A DNA stretch of 64,000 nt from Octopus vulgaris (taxonomy: Eukaryota), in assembly GCA_951406725.2 (NCBI GenBank), contig OX597835.1:13888001-13952000 (forward strand), given 5' to 3'. Below are positions 25,220 to 40,614 of this stretch, piece by piece (within the stretch, counting starts at the first letter, position 1; the number at the start of each line of letters is the position of its first letter). The notes beneath the pieces were generated by a model, which did no database searches, was not told the DNA's origin, and saw nothing but the letters and a program-made list of their open reading frames with translations. The translations under genes and the position numbers were made by a program.

Positions 25220-26487
25220 CCCATGCTAGCATGGAGAACGGACATTAAACGATGATGATGATGATGATGATGATATATATATATTATATTAAATTAGAGA
25301 CAAAACCACTATTAGGCAAATCAAACAATGAAAGACTTAAGCCAATACATATGATTAATTTATATTTAAATATGTAACAATTATTAAAAAATATAATTAA
25401 TATCCACTACGATCGTTTCCTGCCTGCTGTCTTAAAATTTTTATATATATATATATATATATACTCAAATTAAAAGCCAGAAAATGGAGAAGTAGTGTTC
25501 ATATAATTTATTAAGTGCAAAAATTCAAAATGTCCACTTACAGCTGTTTATTCTCTCAATCATATGATGCTATTTTTACTGTAACTCAACATCTAACATT
25601 TATTTACCAATTATTACCATTACACAACCTATTACCCTGTGGCCAAGGTTTATACCAATATTAGTAATTAAATGAGATTCAGTCTGTTGAGATGCTTTGG
25701 AAGAATATGTCTTTTACTCCTCTGGTGACATTTTGCCCTATAAAATGTTTTAATTACTGGAATACATTTGGGCAATATTGAAACAGCTGTAAGGGTACAT
25801 TTAAAAATTTTTGCAGTTAACAGATATTAATGCTACTTCTCCATTTTCTGGACTTTAATTTGAATACTTATAAACGAAGTTTTATACTTAAGACTATTAC
25901 TTTATGAATATTACTATCCACAACAAAATAATAGGTAACAAACCAGTAATTCATTGGTTATTTTCTATCCCTTAAGGTGGTTTTGTTTGAACCTCTATTT
26001 AAATTTATATGTATGTGTGTGTGTGTGTGTATATATATATACACATGCATACACATATATCACAACACACCACCCACACACCCATCCCCATATCTCCACA
26101 CCTACACATACATACATACACACGTCCAGACCACCAGCTCTCTTTCACACACACATACATACTCTCTTATACACACACGCACCTTCGTGTTGGGGCCACC
26201 TTCGTTTTGGAAGTCACTTGACCCTGTTATCTCCCCTACTATCCCTCTAGCATCTAACGTCTGACCTCTGACCTCTGCCTGAAGTCAGTACGCCATGATA
26301 GACCGTTAGCTCCTAGACACATTTTTTTCTCTCCTTGTTTCTTTTCTGTGTATCTTTCTGTTGAAGAGCGTAGGCTCAAAACGTAAAAGACTTGTTCTAT
26401 TTCTATTCCTGAGCACCATACTAATACAATTGTTTGTTTGTACTCCACCTGCCTTCGTCTTTTGTTTATTTTCGTAAACCTTCCCGT

Positions 26488-26542
<55 letters not shown>

Positions 26543-26649
26543 CCTGAATTCTTAGCTGTACTCACTGCCAATCCTCACCTTACTGGTAGTGTCTCTGCAC
26601 ATGACTTGTACAGCTCTCACCACCCACTCATCTATCCCTAGTTTCCACA

Positions 26650-27330
26650 CACTGACCACCAGATAAGGGATCAGGGAACCCTGTCAAAAACTTCCTCCAT
26701 GTCAATAAAAGCCAAATACAGAGGTTTATCTTTGGCTAGGTATTTCTCCTGCAGCTGTCTTACCAGAAATATAGCATCAGTGGTGCTTCTCCCTGGCACA
26801 AAACCAAACCGCATCTCATCTAGGCTGATTCTACCCCTAATTAGTTGGGCGATGACTCTCTCCATAGCTTTGATCCAATAATTTGAAATTTTAAGAAACT
26901 CAGTGGTGATTCCTGAAAGGCTGGGGACTTTCCCTGTCTCCATATCCTTAATTGCTTTATCTATCAAGGTACTGTCAATTCAGGTAGCTGGTCCCTCAAT
27001 TGGATCAACATTTGGCAGATTCTCCTGCTTCCATTCATTCTCTACATTCAGCAGTCTTTCATAATGGTATTTCCAAGCCTCTTTCTTTGCAGAATCACTA
27101 AATGCAAGAGCACCATCATCCATGTAGACACATTTCTCTCCTATGTCATCACAATTTTCTCTCACACATTGTCAATTCAGGTAGCTGGTCCCTCAATTGG
27201 ATCAACATTTGGTAGATTCTCCTTGTCTTGCAATCCAGAACACTTCAATTCTTTGGTCCTCACATCGTTGAACAGGGGCAAGCTTCCTTTTTTCTGCTTC
27301 TCCCTGATCTTGCATACAATAAAACGCAAA
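26650..27330 (-). mobile_element. RTE-clade LINE fragment
   Basis: GFVPGRSTTDAIFLVRQLQEKY...KPLYLAFID.E..FDRVP and AWK.HYERLLN.EN motifs. Confidence 0.85.
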
Positions 27331-27738
27331 GTGTGTTATGTCAGTCACGCACTGCTAGAGGGAAACTAAAGAGAAGAAAGAGAGCAGGAGCAAGTGACAG
27401 TCAGAGGCACTAAATGCTCGCGAACTCTATCAAAGAAGTGAGATGTAAATAACATTAAAGGAAAACTTAAAACTGAAGTAGAATTAATGAAGAGTTTTTT
27501 CTCTATCATCATCATCATCATCATCATCATTTAGCGTCCACTTTCCATGCTAGCATGGGTTGGACAGTTCAACTGGGGTCTGGGAAGCCAGAAGGCTGCA
27601 CCAGGCCCAGTCTGATCTAGCAATGTTTCTACGGCTGGATGCCCTTCCTAACGCCAACCACTCCATGAGTGTAGTGGGTGCTTTTTAAGTGCCACCAGCA
27701 CAGGTGCCAGATGGGACTGGCAAAAAAAAGTAATGGAA

Positions 27739-27857
27739 TGCTTACAGCACCTAGGTTTCCCAATCGGTCACCCATCTAAGTACTAACTAGGCTCGATGTT
27801 GCTTAACTTCAGTGATAAGACGAGAACCGGTGCTTTCAACATGATATGGCCGTAATG
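27739..27857 (-). rRNA. 5S rRNA: Solitary 5S rRNA copy (probably a retroposed pseudogene)
   Basis: 119 nt TACGGCCATATCATGTTGAAAGCACCGGTTCTCGTC...GAAGTTAAGCAAC...TTAGTACTTAGATGGGTGACC...GGTGCTGTAAGC, followed 9 nt later by a T7 Pol III terminator. Confidence 0.9.
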
Positions 27858-29236
27858 TAAAGAAAATATAGTTGATCCAAACTAAAATTGAGCTAATGTT
27901 AAATTGGGCAAATCAAGTACCATGTAAACCAAGGAACTATCCTGTACCTTTGTAGACATTCAATGTTCTAGCAGCAATAGTTCACCGATGATTTTTGGAT
28001 AAGGACTAAAATCTGAAAGATGCCCTGAGTTACCCTTGTACTGTCAACACCCATTGCACTTCTTATTGTGTTCTATTTGAAGTTAAATTAATGTCCAGAA
28101 ATTGTCTCCCCTCCCTTTCTTGGCCAGAATTAGTCATTATCATAATTGGTTCGCACAATGTGCATAGTTTTAAGTAATTTGAGTTTCTTGACTAACTACA
28201 TGAACTATGTCGGTGTCCACTTTATTAAACTTATAAGGTGCAACATACCCGAATGGGTAAAAAGTTTACTTTGCAATCATGAGGCGCCAAGTTCCTTCTT
28301 TCTGCGTAGCACCTTGGGCAAATGATGTTTTCCATAGCACCAGGTTGACTTAAACATTGTGAATAGAATTGCATGGACAGGAACTGTCAGGTGGAATGTA
28401 CTCGTAATTCAAAAAGAATAGCTTTGTCACACACTTGTATCAGGTCATGTCCCTCTAATTCTGCCCCAGAATTCTGCTGAGAGTGCATGTGCTTGTGGAA
28501 TGAACATGTGCTTGTGGAATGAACATGTGCTTGTGGAATGAACATGGGTGCATGCATCTTTTGCCCCCACCCCACCCTTACATATAAACATCACTCGGAT
28601 AAAAAGGGTGTTAGTCAAACAAACTGCTTTACATGAACAAAGATTTCAGCATGGAGAATAATAAATGTTCTCTTATCAGTCTCACCATCAGGAAATGGAG
28701 AGAATCAAAAATAAGTCTATACGAGGACATGTGCTCAACAATGTTACAGTTCACTAATTCCGGCACGAAAGAATAATGAAAAAAATAATTAAAAAAAGTG
28801 TCGTCATTAACTGGGTCAAGATATGAAAGAGATTGAGGAAAAGGTGTCGTTAAACAATTCATTTTGAGTAGGATATCATAAAGCAAAGATGAACAGGGTC
28901 ATTCATGTGTGAAAAACAGATTACGTAAGCATTCCTTGTTAATAATGAAATGTCTTTCTTAAATATCGGTTTATTACGCCAGTGATTTTAATGTTGCATA
29001 ATTAATCTGGAATGAAAAAAATTTGCCCCTATTAATAATTAAGCCAAGCATAAATAAGCCAATCATGTTACTGGGTTTTAATCACTGCTGTGTGGTAAGT
29101 ACCTTGCTTACCAGCCACATGGCTCCGGGTTCAGTCCCACTGCGTGGCACCTTGGGCAAGTGTCTTCTACTATAGCCTCGGGTTGACCAAAGCCTTGTGA
29201 GTGGATTTGGTAGACGGAAACTGAAAGAAGCCCGTC

Positions 29237-29275
<39 letters not shown>

Positions 29276-29477
29276 ATCCAAACAAGAAAACACAGAAAAA
29301 AACACAGCAACGCGAGGACGTGGAACAATTAAAGTATTATTTGACGCTCAGGAAAGAAGGGAAGGAGGGTTTAACGTTTTGAGCGGAGCTCTTCGTCGGA
29401 AACAAGGAGAAGGAAAGATCCCAAGAAGGGAAGACAGAGGAAAAAAATATTTTTGCTGGTGGTGCTCAAGAGATCAC

Positions 29478-29518
<41 letters not shown>

Positions 29519-31851
29519 CGTGTGTGTTTGTGTGTCTGTGTTTGTCCCCCAAGCATTGCTTGACAACCGATGCTGGTGTGTTTATGTCCCCGTCACTTAG
29601 CGGTTCGGCAAAAGAAACCAATAAAATAAGTACTGGGCTTACAAAGAATAAGTCCCGGGGTCGATTTGCTCGACTAAAGGTGGTGCTCGAGCATGGCCGC
29701 AGTCAAATGATTGAAACAAGTAAAAGAGAGTAAAAGAGAGACTGTGTATGTATGTTGATGTATCATTTTCATATTAAGCTCAGGACTTGTATTTATTTTA
29801 TACTAGTCTTGAAGAAAGCCCTTCGGGCAGCATTCAAACGAGCTCCTGCAGAGGGCACATTTGAGGCCTTCGGTCCCACTATCAGGCCTCTACCCTTGTA
29901 TAGTGCAACTTATTTCTGCAAATATGCTAAGCACAAGTGCTGATCATAGTTTAATCAATAAGTGTAGGAGCGAGGTAAATGCAGTAAAAAGGGGGAGCAG
30001 TGGAGGAGGGCCCTATTTAAGCGGCCCTTCAGAAATTGAACCTCCTTACGATATTCCCTGAGAGTTCATGGTATGAGATTCATTGACATTGCACCAATTT
30101 GGTTGCCAGTGCCATCTATTTAGTTTTAAATACAGTAAAAATAGGTGGGTGGGCAGTGAGGTCCCAATCAGGCAACCCTTAAAAAAATAGATTCCCTTAA
30201 GATATTCTCTGGGATTAGAGGAGTTGCTGGTTTGAGTTTCATTGCTCTTGCATCAACAGTCTAGGAGGAGTTAATGAACATATAAACATAACAGAGAAAC
30301 ATCACTCAAATCTATATTAAGATAAACAACATAAGGCCTCCAGGGAAAGGATTTTAATCATGGGTTTTCAATCAAGGTCCATATGGACGCTAGGGTATCC
30401 ATTTAAGATTTTTTTGGGGTGGGGGGTTCATGGATGCAATATAGTAAATTAGGAGTCCATGGTAATTTTTCATGGGTCGTGGAAAAATTGTACTCCAGAC
30501 CAGTAAAGTTTATATGAAATAAACAGGTTATATGTCCACAACACATCATCATCATCATCATCATCATCATCGTTTAACGTCCGCTTTCCATGCTAGCATG
30601 GGTTGGACGATTTTGACTGAGGGCTGGCGAACCAGATGGCTGCACCAGGCTCCAATCTTGATCTGGCAGAGTTTCTACAGCTGGATGCCCTTCCTAACGC
30701 CAACCACTCCGAGGGTGCAGTGGGTGCTTTTACGTGCCACCGGCATGGGAGCCAGTCAGGCAGTACTGGCAATGACTTCTATCAAATCTTTTTACACATG
30801 CCACCGGCACAGGTGCCAGTAAGGCGACGCTATATTTTAACAATTTTTTTGATACAGTTCCTAATAATATTTAATTATAAAAATACAATAAGATTTTTTT
30901 AAGCATCGAATGGCTAGTGGGGTCCACCCGAGGGAAATAGGAATGATAGGGGTCCATTGGTTAAAAAAAAAGGGTTGAGAAGCACTGAGCTAGATCGATA
31001 TGGTGATTGGTGGGAGTCAGTAGGATGGTGCTTGTGATACATGCCTAGCCTTGATTAATCTGAGGGTGTATGTTGTAAGAACTGAAACAACCAGTGATTC
31101 CAGGATGCCACAATGATGATGGGTTCATGTAGTGCATGTGTAGATATATATTGAACTATTGATCACTATTTATTGAATTGCATGGTTAAATGGTTGACAT
31201 AAAGAGAGAAGCACTTCGAAACACCGGTAAACATATACAGAGTGGTAAACACACACACACAGAAACATATACACAAATACACAAACACATACCCACAACG
31301 CGTACTCACACACAAATATAGACATATTATCATAAGAGATACACACACCAACACTGAATTGTATGGTTGAATAGTTGGCATAAAGAGAGAGGAATTTCAA
31401 AACACTGGTACACACAAACACACACAAACACATACACATGCTCACACACACACACATACATATATACATGTATATATCCTGGCAGTGAACCCTCTGTAAG
31501 CCCAAAATACAAATCCCTTTCATCTGTAGGACCTACAGATTAGAGAGATATTCATGTCCTCATTTGTGGTCCCCACTCTGTTTTTGTTGATGACCTTCAA
31601 GCTCTACTTGAGTAATATCCCTGACACCAGGAAACAGTCAAAAGAGACATGATGGCCACATATAGATTGTATCTGATCTGCTCGATCAAGACTGGCTCGA
31701 TCAAGACTGGCTATGACCTAAAACTAGAACACCAAATGTCCTTGATCCTAGACATTTGATAGACTGCCCAAGAAAATAATGACAAACGGGAAATATAGGC
31801 CAGTACGAAAATATGTTCAGGTTATTGTATAAACATCCACGTATGAACTTG

Positions 31852-31889
<38 letters not shown>

Positions 31890-32948
31890 CCTGTGTGCGT
31901 GTGTGTGAGTGTGGCTGAGTGGGTCCCTGTGTTTTTGTTTGTGTGTGCGAGTTTTTGTGTATGTGTGATGGTGGGTATTGATGTAGGTGGATGCATGTGT
32001 GTATGTGAGAGAGAAAGAGAGAGAGAGTATCTGTGAGAGAGAGAGACGCACAGACAGAGTGTGTGTGAGTGTGTGTGTGTGTGTGTGTTTGTGTGTGTGT
32101 GTGCATATGCGAAAGTCCCAGTGTGTCTGTGCATGGTCGCAGTCAAATGACTGAAACAAATAAAAGTGTAAAAGAGAGTAAACTGCTTTGTGAACCCTCA
32201 TCAAATGTCTGTCACATGAAAACAGATCCTGTCATCAATATTTTTATTAGGAGGAAAAAAACTAAACTTTCCACTGCATTTCTAGAAACATTCCTAAATT
32301 AGACTAACAAATGTGCGTAGCAACAATTTATTTCTGATGACAAACGACTAGCTTGATTAACGACAAACTTGACTAACAGCTAATTCAGTCAATGGTTAGT
32401 TAACTTGATCAATAACTAACAAGACAAATAGACCCCTTTCACCAACAGGCACAAGGCCTGAAATCTGGGGGTGTGTATAAATTGATTACAGCGACCTCAC
32501 TACTCAACTGGTACTTATCTTATCGACCCCGAAAGGGTGAAAAACAAAACTGACCCCGGTGGAATTTGAACTCAGATGAACGAAATGCCGCTAAGCTTTT
32601 TTCCCCCGGCGTGCTAATGATTCTGGCAGCTAGTTGCCTTCTAATAAGTCAATAGAATAATGAATAACTACCTAATGACTAACTCGACTAATGGATATCT
32701 AGACTGATGACTAACTAGGCTAATGAATAACTTGACTAATTACTAACTAGACTAATGGATAAATAGAATAATGACTAACCTACCTAATGACTACAAGATG
32801 TATGGATAACTTGACTAATGACTAACTAGATTAATGACTGACTAATGGATAATAGATAAAAGAAATTGATTGCATTAAGACTATCTTAGTCTACAGATGG
32901 CAACACATTCCGATGTTTTTGTTTTTTGTTTTTGCCTTCTTGAAGACA

Positions 32949-33348
32949 TCTTTATATATAAAAGAGAAGTTGTGTGTCTGTCTCCTACGATTTAGATTCC
33001 TAACTACTCCCACATTTAGCGGTGCAGTTTAACCAAAACAGGGTATCTTATAGTCGTGATTCATATCGAGCCCTTCTGGGTATTAGCGTGCGTCTACGAT
33101 GAGTCTACGATTTAAAAAAAAATTTACCATCATTTTTTTTCCATTTTAATGCATTTTTTTCGCTATTATATAAGGGAAGTAACTCTCTAAAAATGTTTAC
33201 GATGAGTCAACGATTTAAAAAAAAATTTACCATAATTTTTTTTCCATTTTTAATACATTTTTTTGCTATTTTTTGGCTATAACTCTCTAAAAATGCTTAT
33301 ATAGTTATTTCCCTTACAAACCCGAGCAACGCCGGGCAATACTGCTAG
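32949..33348 (+). mobile_element. Non-autonomous Helitron, repeated in each array unit (also 35794-36194, 38660-39059, 41521-41919)
   Basis: A|TC...CTAG|T termini. A paralogous empty site is present at 44494/44495. Confidence 0.9.
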
Positions 33349-34844
33349 TTCAGAATATTTAATTCATCTCAGCAAACGCAAAAGTATCAACGTCACTATA
33401 TATAGGGGAACAAAGGATGGCAATGGTTTGTGTCTTTTTTAAACCTGAAGTTCACACAAGCGCAAGAAGTATGAGGTAGGGAAGAGATAAATGTAACCCG
33501 AAAATAGGAGGTAGAAGGTATGGGCGTATTGAGGGCAGTTAGAGGTATTCAGACCAAAGAAATTTTATAAGTTGTAATGCTACAGGTGCTATTATATATA
33601 TATATATATATATATGATTTTATAGTTTCTAGGGGGTATATAATTAGGAGACTTACTTACATAAGTGCCATTACAAGTATATATAAAATGATCAGTAGGG
33701 AAGAACCTCATAGAAAGGAAAAAATAGTTTAATCACCAAAATATGATGAAGTCATAGGCACAAGAGTGGCCGTGTGGTAAGTAGCTTGCTTACGAACCAC
33801 ATGGTTCCGGGTTCAGTCCCACTGCGTGGCACCTTGGGCAAGTGTCTTCTATTATAGCCTTGGGCCAACCAAAGCCTTGTGAGTGGATTTGGTAGACGGA
33901 AACTGAAAGAAGCCTGTCGTATATATGTATATATATATGCGTGTGTGTATTTGTGCATCTGTGTTTGTCCCCCTAGCATGGGTGTGGGAGGCATGTTTTC
34001 TACTATAGCCTCAGGCTGACCAAAGCCTTGTGAATGGATTTAGTAGACGGAAACTGAAAGAAGCCCATCATATACATGCATGTGTGTGTGTGTGTGTGTG
34101 TGTGTTTGTTCCTCCAACATCACTTGACAACCGATGGTGGTGTGTTTACGTCCCTGTAACTTAGCGGTTCAGCAAAAGAGACCGATAGAATAAGTACTGG
34201 GCTTACAAACAATAAGTCTTGGGGTCGATTTGCTCGACTTAAAGTGATGCTCCAGCATGGCCACAGTCAAATGACTGAAACAAGTAAAAGAGTAAAGAGT
34301 AGAGTAAAGAGTTAGTCAGACTAACGAGGTAGGAGTTATCATGGGATTGTAATTACATACTGCACACCATATACCATATCACATAGCTTATAACTTATGC
34401 AATGCATGTCACATAATATCCCATGATTTTATAATATTTGATACTATAGGGTAAGTTTATAATGATTACGACACCAAAATTAATTTCCGCTATCAAATTG
34501 CAACTATGACATCTATAATCTCTAATTTCGAAAATACCTAAATGTACAGGTGATGATATGCACACATGATACCCTTAGGTCTAATCTATTATTAATCAGG
34601 TTGTTCTCATTCCTATACTTAAAAATTTCAAGTTTCCAAAGAGCACAGCTTACACCCGTATCGACTATCTCTATAAGGCTGATGCATTGTTCAATTAAAT
34701 GCAGCTGCTTGAAACGGTCGTACCGCATAACTTCTTGATATCCTGTTGCTTATTTTGATTTTATTCACCTTACTTTGAGGTGTGCGGATAATACCGGACT
34801 GACTTGGTGCTTCAACTTAAGTACCTAATTTAAATAAATCTCAA

Positions 34845-34887
<43 letters not shown>

Positions 34888-35102
34888 TGTATAGATATAT
34901 CTAGAAGACCCAAAGAGTGGCAAGTAACACCACTCTTCTATGGATAGACAGTAGTTAAACTCTTGGTTTGATAGTGATACAACTGAGGAGTCTAATGTGG
35001 GTCTTGTATTAGCTTGCATATATATATATATATATATATTAGACAAAATGAGATAACAAAGCCAAGGATGTGAGGGCTTATCAGGATATTTATAAGGAAA
35101 TA

Positions 35103-35150
35103 GTCTTACAGCTGTTTCTGGGATATTATGGATATCCCTTCATCAGAGAC
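35103..35150 (-). ncRNA. Minimal type I hammerhead ribozyme motif (copies at 37969-38016, 40830-40877, 43683-43730)
   Basis: GTCT-CTGATGA-A-GGGATAT/ATATCCC-A-GAAA-CAGCTG-TA-AGAC: canonical core, stems I and II, palindromic stem III. Confidence 0.75.
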
Positions 35151-36922
35151 GATGTGAGCTGGTTAAAGAGAGGTAATTATTTGATTTCGAAATATGGAAT
35201 TATTACAGAAAGAGGAGATAGGGTCTATAGAGGGAAATAAGAGAATGAAAGTAGAAATAAAAACTTGACTAACAACTAATTCAGTCAATGGTTAACTTGA
35301 TCAATAACTAACAAGACAAATAGAATCCTTTCACCAATAGGTACAAGGCCTGAAATCTGGGTGTGTGTATAAATTGATTACAGCGACCTCACTACTCAAC
35401 TGGTACTTATCTTATCGAACCCGAAAGGGTGAAAGACAAAATTGACCCTGGCGGAATTTGAACTCAGAACGTCAAGACGGATGAAATGCCTCTAAGCCTT
35501 TTTTTCTCAGCATGCTAATCGCCTTCTAATAGGTCAATAGAATAATGACTAATGACTAACTCGACTAATGACTAACTTGACAAATTACTAACTAGACTAA
35601 TGGATAAATAGAATAATGACTAACCTACCTAATGACTACAAGATGTATGGATAACTTGACTAATGACTAACTAGATTAATGACTGACTAATGGATAATAG
35701 ATAAAAGAAATTGATTGCATTAAGACTATCTTAGTCTACAGATGGCAACACATTCCGATGTTTTTGTTTTTTGTTTTTGCCTTCTTGAAGACATCTTTAT
35801 ATATAAAAGAGAAGTTGTGTGTCTGTCTCCTACGATTTAGATTCCTAACTACTCCCACATTTAGCGGTGCAGTTTAACCAAAACAGGGTATCTTATAGTC
35901 GTGATTCATATCGAGCCCTTCTGGGTATTAGCGTGCGTCTACGATGAGTCTACGATTTAAAAAAAAATTTACCATCATTTTTTTTTCCATTTTAATGCAT
36001 TTTTTTCGCTATTATATAAGGGAAGTAACTCTCTAAAAATGTTTACGATGAGTCAACGATTTAAAAAAAAATTTACCATAATTTTTTTTCCATTTTTAAT
36101 ACATTTTTTTGCTATTTTTTGGCTATAACTCTCTAAAAATGCTTATATAGTTATTTCCCTTACAAACCCGAGCAACGCCGGGCAATACTGCTAGTTCAGA
36201 ATATTTAATTCATCTCAGCAAACGCAAAAGTATCAACGTCACTATATATAGGGGAACAAAGGATGGCAATGGTTTGTGTCTTTTTTAAACCTGAAGTTCA
36301 CACAAGCGCAAGAAGTATGAGGTAGGGAAGAGATAAATGTAACCCGAAAATAGGAGGTAGAAGGTATGGGCGTATTGAGGGCAGTTAGAGGTATTCAGAC
36401 CAAAGAAATTTTATAAGTTGTAATGCTACAGGTGCTATTATATATATATATATATATATGATTTTATAGTTTCTAGGGGGTATATAATTAGGAGACTTAC
36501 TTACATAAATGCCATTACAAGTATATATAAAATGATCAGTAGGGAAGAACCTCATAGAAAGGAAAAAATAGTTTAATCACCAAAATATGATGAAGTCATA
36601 GGCACAGGAGTGGCCGTGTGGTAAGTAGCTTGCTTACGAACCACATGGTTCCGGGTTCAGTCCCACTGCGTGGCACCTTGGGCAAGTGTCTTCTATTATA
36701 GCCTTGGGCCAACCAAAGCCTTGTGAGTGGATTTGGTAGACGGAAACTGAAAGAAGCCTGTCGTATATATGTATATATATATGCGTGTGTGTGTTTGTGC
36801 ATCTGTGTTTGTCCCCCTAGCATGGGTGTGGGAGGCATGTTTTCTACTATAGCCTCAGGCTGACCAAAGCCTTGTGAATGGATTTAGTAGACGGAAACTG
36901 AAAGAAGCCCATCATATACATG

Positions 36923-36968
<46 letters not shown>

Positions 36969-37704
36969 TTCCTCCAACATCACTTGACAACCGATGGTGG
37001 TGTGTTTACGTCCCTGTAACTTAGCGGTTCAGCAAAAGAGACCGATAGAATAAGTACTGGGCTTACAAACAATAAGTCTTGGGGTCGATTTGCTCGACTT
37101 AAAGTGATGCTCCAGCATGGCCACAGTCAAATGACTGAAACAAGTAAAAGAGTAAAGAGTAGAGTAAAGAGTTAGTCAGACTAACGAGGTAGGAGTTATC
37201 ATGGGATTGTAATTACATACTGCACACCATATACCATATCACATAGCTTATAACTTATGCAATGCATGTCACATAATATCCCATGATTTTATAATATTTG
37301 ATACTATAGGGTAAGTTTATAATGATTACGACACCAAAATTAATTTCCGCTATCAAATTGCAACTATGACATCTATAATCTCTAATTTCGAAAATACCTA
37401 AATGTACAGGTGATGATATGCACACATGATACCCTTAGGTCTAATCTATTATTAATCAGGTTGTTCTCATTCCTATACTTAAAAATTTCAAGTTTCCAAA
37501 GAGCACAGCTTACACCCGTATCGACTATCTCTATAAGGCTGATGCATTGTTCAATTAAATGCAGCTGCTTGAAACGGTCGTACCGCATAACTTCTTGATA
37601 TCCTGTTGCTTATTTTGATTTTATTCACCTTACTTTGAGGTGTGCGGATAATACCGGACTGACTTGGTGCTTCAACTTAAGTACCTAATTTAAATAAATC
37701 TCAA

Positions 37705-37753
<49 letters not shown>

Positions 37754-40555
37754 TGTATAGATATATCTAGAAGACCCAAAGAGTGGCAAGTAACACCTCT
37801 CTTCTATGGATAGACAGTAGTTAAACTCTTGGTTTGATAGTGATACAACTGAGGAGTCTAATGTGGGTCTTGTATTAGCTTGCATATATATATATATATA
37901 TATATTAGACAAAATGAGATAACAAAGCCAAGGATGTGAGGGCTTATCAGGATATTTATAAGGAAATAGTCTTACAGCTGTTTCTGGGATATTATGGATA
38001 TCCCTTCATCAGAGACGATGTGAGCTGGTTAAAGAGAGGTAATTATTTGATTTCGAAATATGGAATTATTACAGAAAGAGGAGATAGGGTCTATAGAGGG
38101 AAATAAGAGAATGAAAGTAGAAATAAAAACTTGACTAACAACTAATTCAGTCAATGGTTAACTTGATCAATAACTAACAAGACAAATAGAATCCTTTCAC
38201 CAATAGGTACAAGGCCTGAAATCTGGGTGTGTGTATAAATTGATTACAGCGACCTCACTACTCAACTGGTACTTATCTTATCGAACCCGAAAGGGTGAAA
38301 GACAAAATTGACCCTGGCGGAATTTGAACTCAGAACGTCAAGACGGATGAAATGCCTCTAAGCCTTTTTTTCTCAGCATGCTAATCGCCTTCTAATAGGT
38401 CAATAGAATAATGACTAATGACTAACTCGACTAATGACTAACTTGACAAATTACTAACTAGACTAATGGATAAATAGAATAATGACTAACCTACCTAATG
38501 ACTACAAGATGTATGGATAACTTGACTAATGACTAACTAGATTAATGACTGACTAATGGATAATAGATAAAAGAAATTGATTGCATTAAGACTATCTTAG
38601 TCTACAGATGGCAACACATTCCGATGTTTTTGTTTTTTGTTTTTGCCTTCTTGAAGACATCTTTATATATAAAAGAGAAGTTGTGTGTCTGTCTCCTACG
38701 ATTTAGATTCCTAACTACTCCCACATTTAGCGGTGCAGTTTAACCAAAACAGGGTATCTTATAGTCGTGATTCATATCGAGCCCTTCTGGGTATTAGCGT
38801 GCGTCTACGATGAGTCTACGATTTAAAAAAAAATTTACCATCATTTTTTTTCCATTTTAATGCATTTTTTTCGCTATTATATAAGGGAAGTAACTCTCTA
38901 AAAATGTTTACGATGAGTCAACGATTTAAAAAAAAATTTACCATAATTTTTTTTCCATTTTTAATACATTTTTTTGCTATTTTTTGGCTATAACTCTCTA
39001 AAAATGCTTATATAGTTATTTCCCTTACAAACCCGAGCAATGCCGGGCAATACTGCTAGTTCAGAATATTTAATTCATCTCAGCAAACGCAAAAGTATCA
39101 ACGTCACTATATATAGGGGAACAAAGGATGGCAATGGTTTGTGTCTTTTTTAAACCTGAAGTTCACACAAGCGCAAGAAGTATGAGGTAGGGAAGAGATA
39201 AATGTAACCCGAAAATAGGAGGTAGAAGGTATGGGCGTATTGAGGGCAGTTAGAGGTATTCAGACCAAAGAAATTTTATAAGTTGTAATGCTACAGGTGC
39301 TATTATATATATATATATATATATGATTTTATAGTTTCTAGGGGGTATATAATTAGGAGACTTACTTACATAAATGCCATTACAAGTATATATAAAATGA
39401 TCAGTAGGGAAGAACCTCATAGAAAGGAAAAAATAGTTTAATCACCAAAATATGATGAAGTCATAGGCACAGGAGTGGCCGTGTGGTAAGTAGCTTGCTT
39501 ACGAACCACATGGTTCCGGGTTCAGTCCCACTGCGTGGCACCTTGGGCAAGTGTCTTCTATTATAGCCTTGGGCCAACCAAAGCCTTGTGAGTGGATTTG
39601 GTAGACGGAAACTGAAAGAAGCCTGTCGTATATATGTATATATATATGCGTGTGTGTGTTTGTGCATCTGTGTTTGTCCCCCTAGCATGGGTGTGGGAGG
39701 CATGTTTTCTACTATAGCCTCAGGCTGACCAAAGCCTTGTGAATGGATTTAGTAGACGGAAACTGAAAGAAGCCCATCATATACATGCATGTGTGTGTGT
39801 GTGTGTGTGTGTGTGTTTGTTCCTCCAACATCACTTGACAACCGATGGTGGTGTGTTTACGTCCCTGTAACTTAGCGGTTCAGCAAAAGAGACCGATAGA
39901 ATAAGTACTGGGCTTACAAACAATAAGTCTTGGGGTCGATTTGCTCGACTTAAAGTGATGCTCCAGCATGGCCACAGTCAAATGACTGAAACAAGTAAAA
40001 GAGTAAAGAGTAGAGTAAAGAGTTAGTCAGACTAACGAGGTAGGAGTTATCATGGGATTGTAATTACATACTGCACACCATATACCATATCACATAGCTT
40101 ATAACTTATGCAATGCATGTCACATAATATCCCATGATTTTATAATATTTGATACTATAGGGTAAGTTTATAATGATTACGACACCAAAATTAATTTCCG
40201 CTATCAAATTGCAACTATGACATCTATAATCTCTAATTTCGAAAATACCTAAATGTACAGGTGATGATATGCACACATGATACCCTTAGGTCTAATCTAT
40301 TATTAATCAGGTTGTTCTCATTCCTATACTTAAAAATTTCAAGTTTCCAAAGAGCACAGCTTACACCCGTATCGACTATCTCTATAAGGCTGATGCATTG
40401 TTCAATTAAATGCAGCTGCTTGAAACGGTCGTACCGCATAACTTCTTGATATCCTGTTGCTTATTTTGATTTTATTCACCTTACTTTGAGGTGTGCGGAT
40501 AATACCGGACTGACTTGGTGCTTCAACTTAAGTACCTAATTTAAATAAATCTCAA

Positions 40556-40614
<59 letters not shown>

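Noticed and set aside
28486-28546. 20-bp tandem repeat, 3 copies
   Set aside because: An ordinary slippage duplication.
28686-28730. MSSYRLIFDSLHFLM|gtgaga as the first exon
   Set aside because: The phase-0 donor is incompatible with the phase-1 acceptor at 25048, and the peptide is a poor signal peptide.
30359-30986. hAT/Charlie-like MITE (GGTTGAGAAGCACTG end)
   Set aside because: The left TIR is degenerate and no 8-bp TSD is visible, so it is too weak to call.
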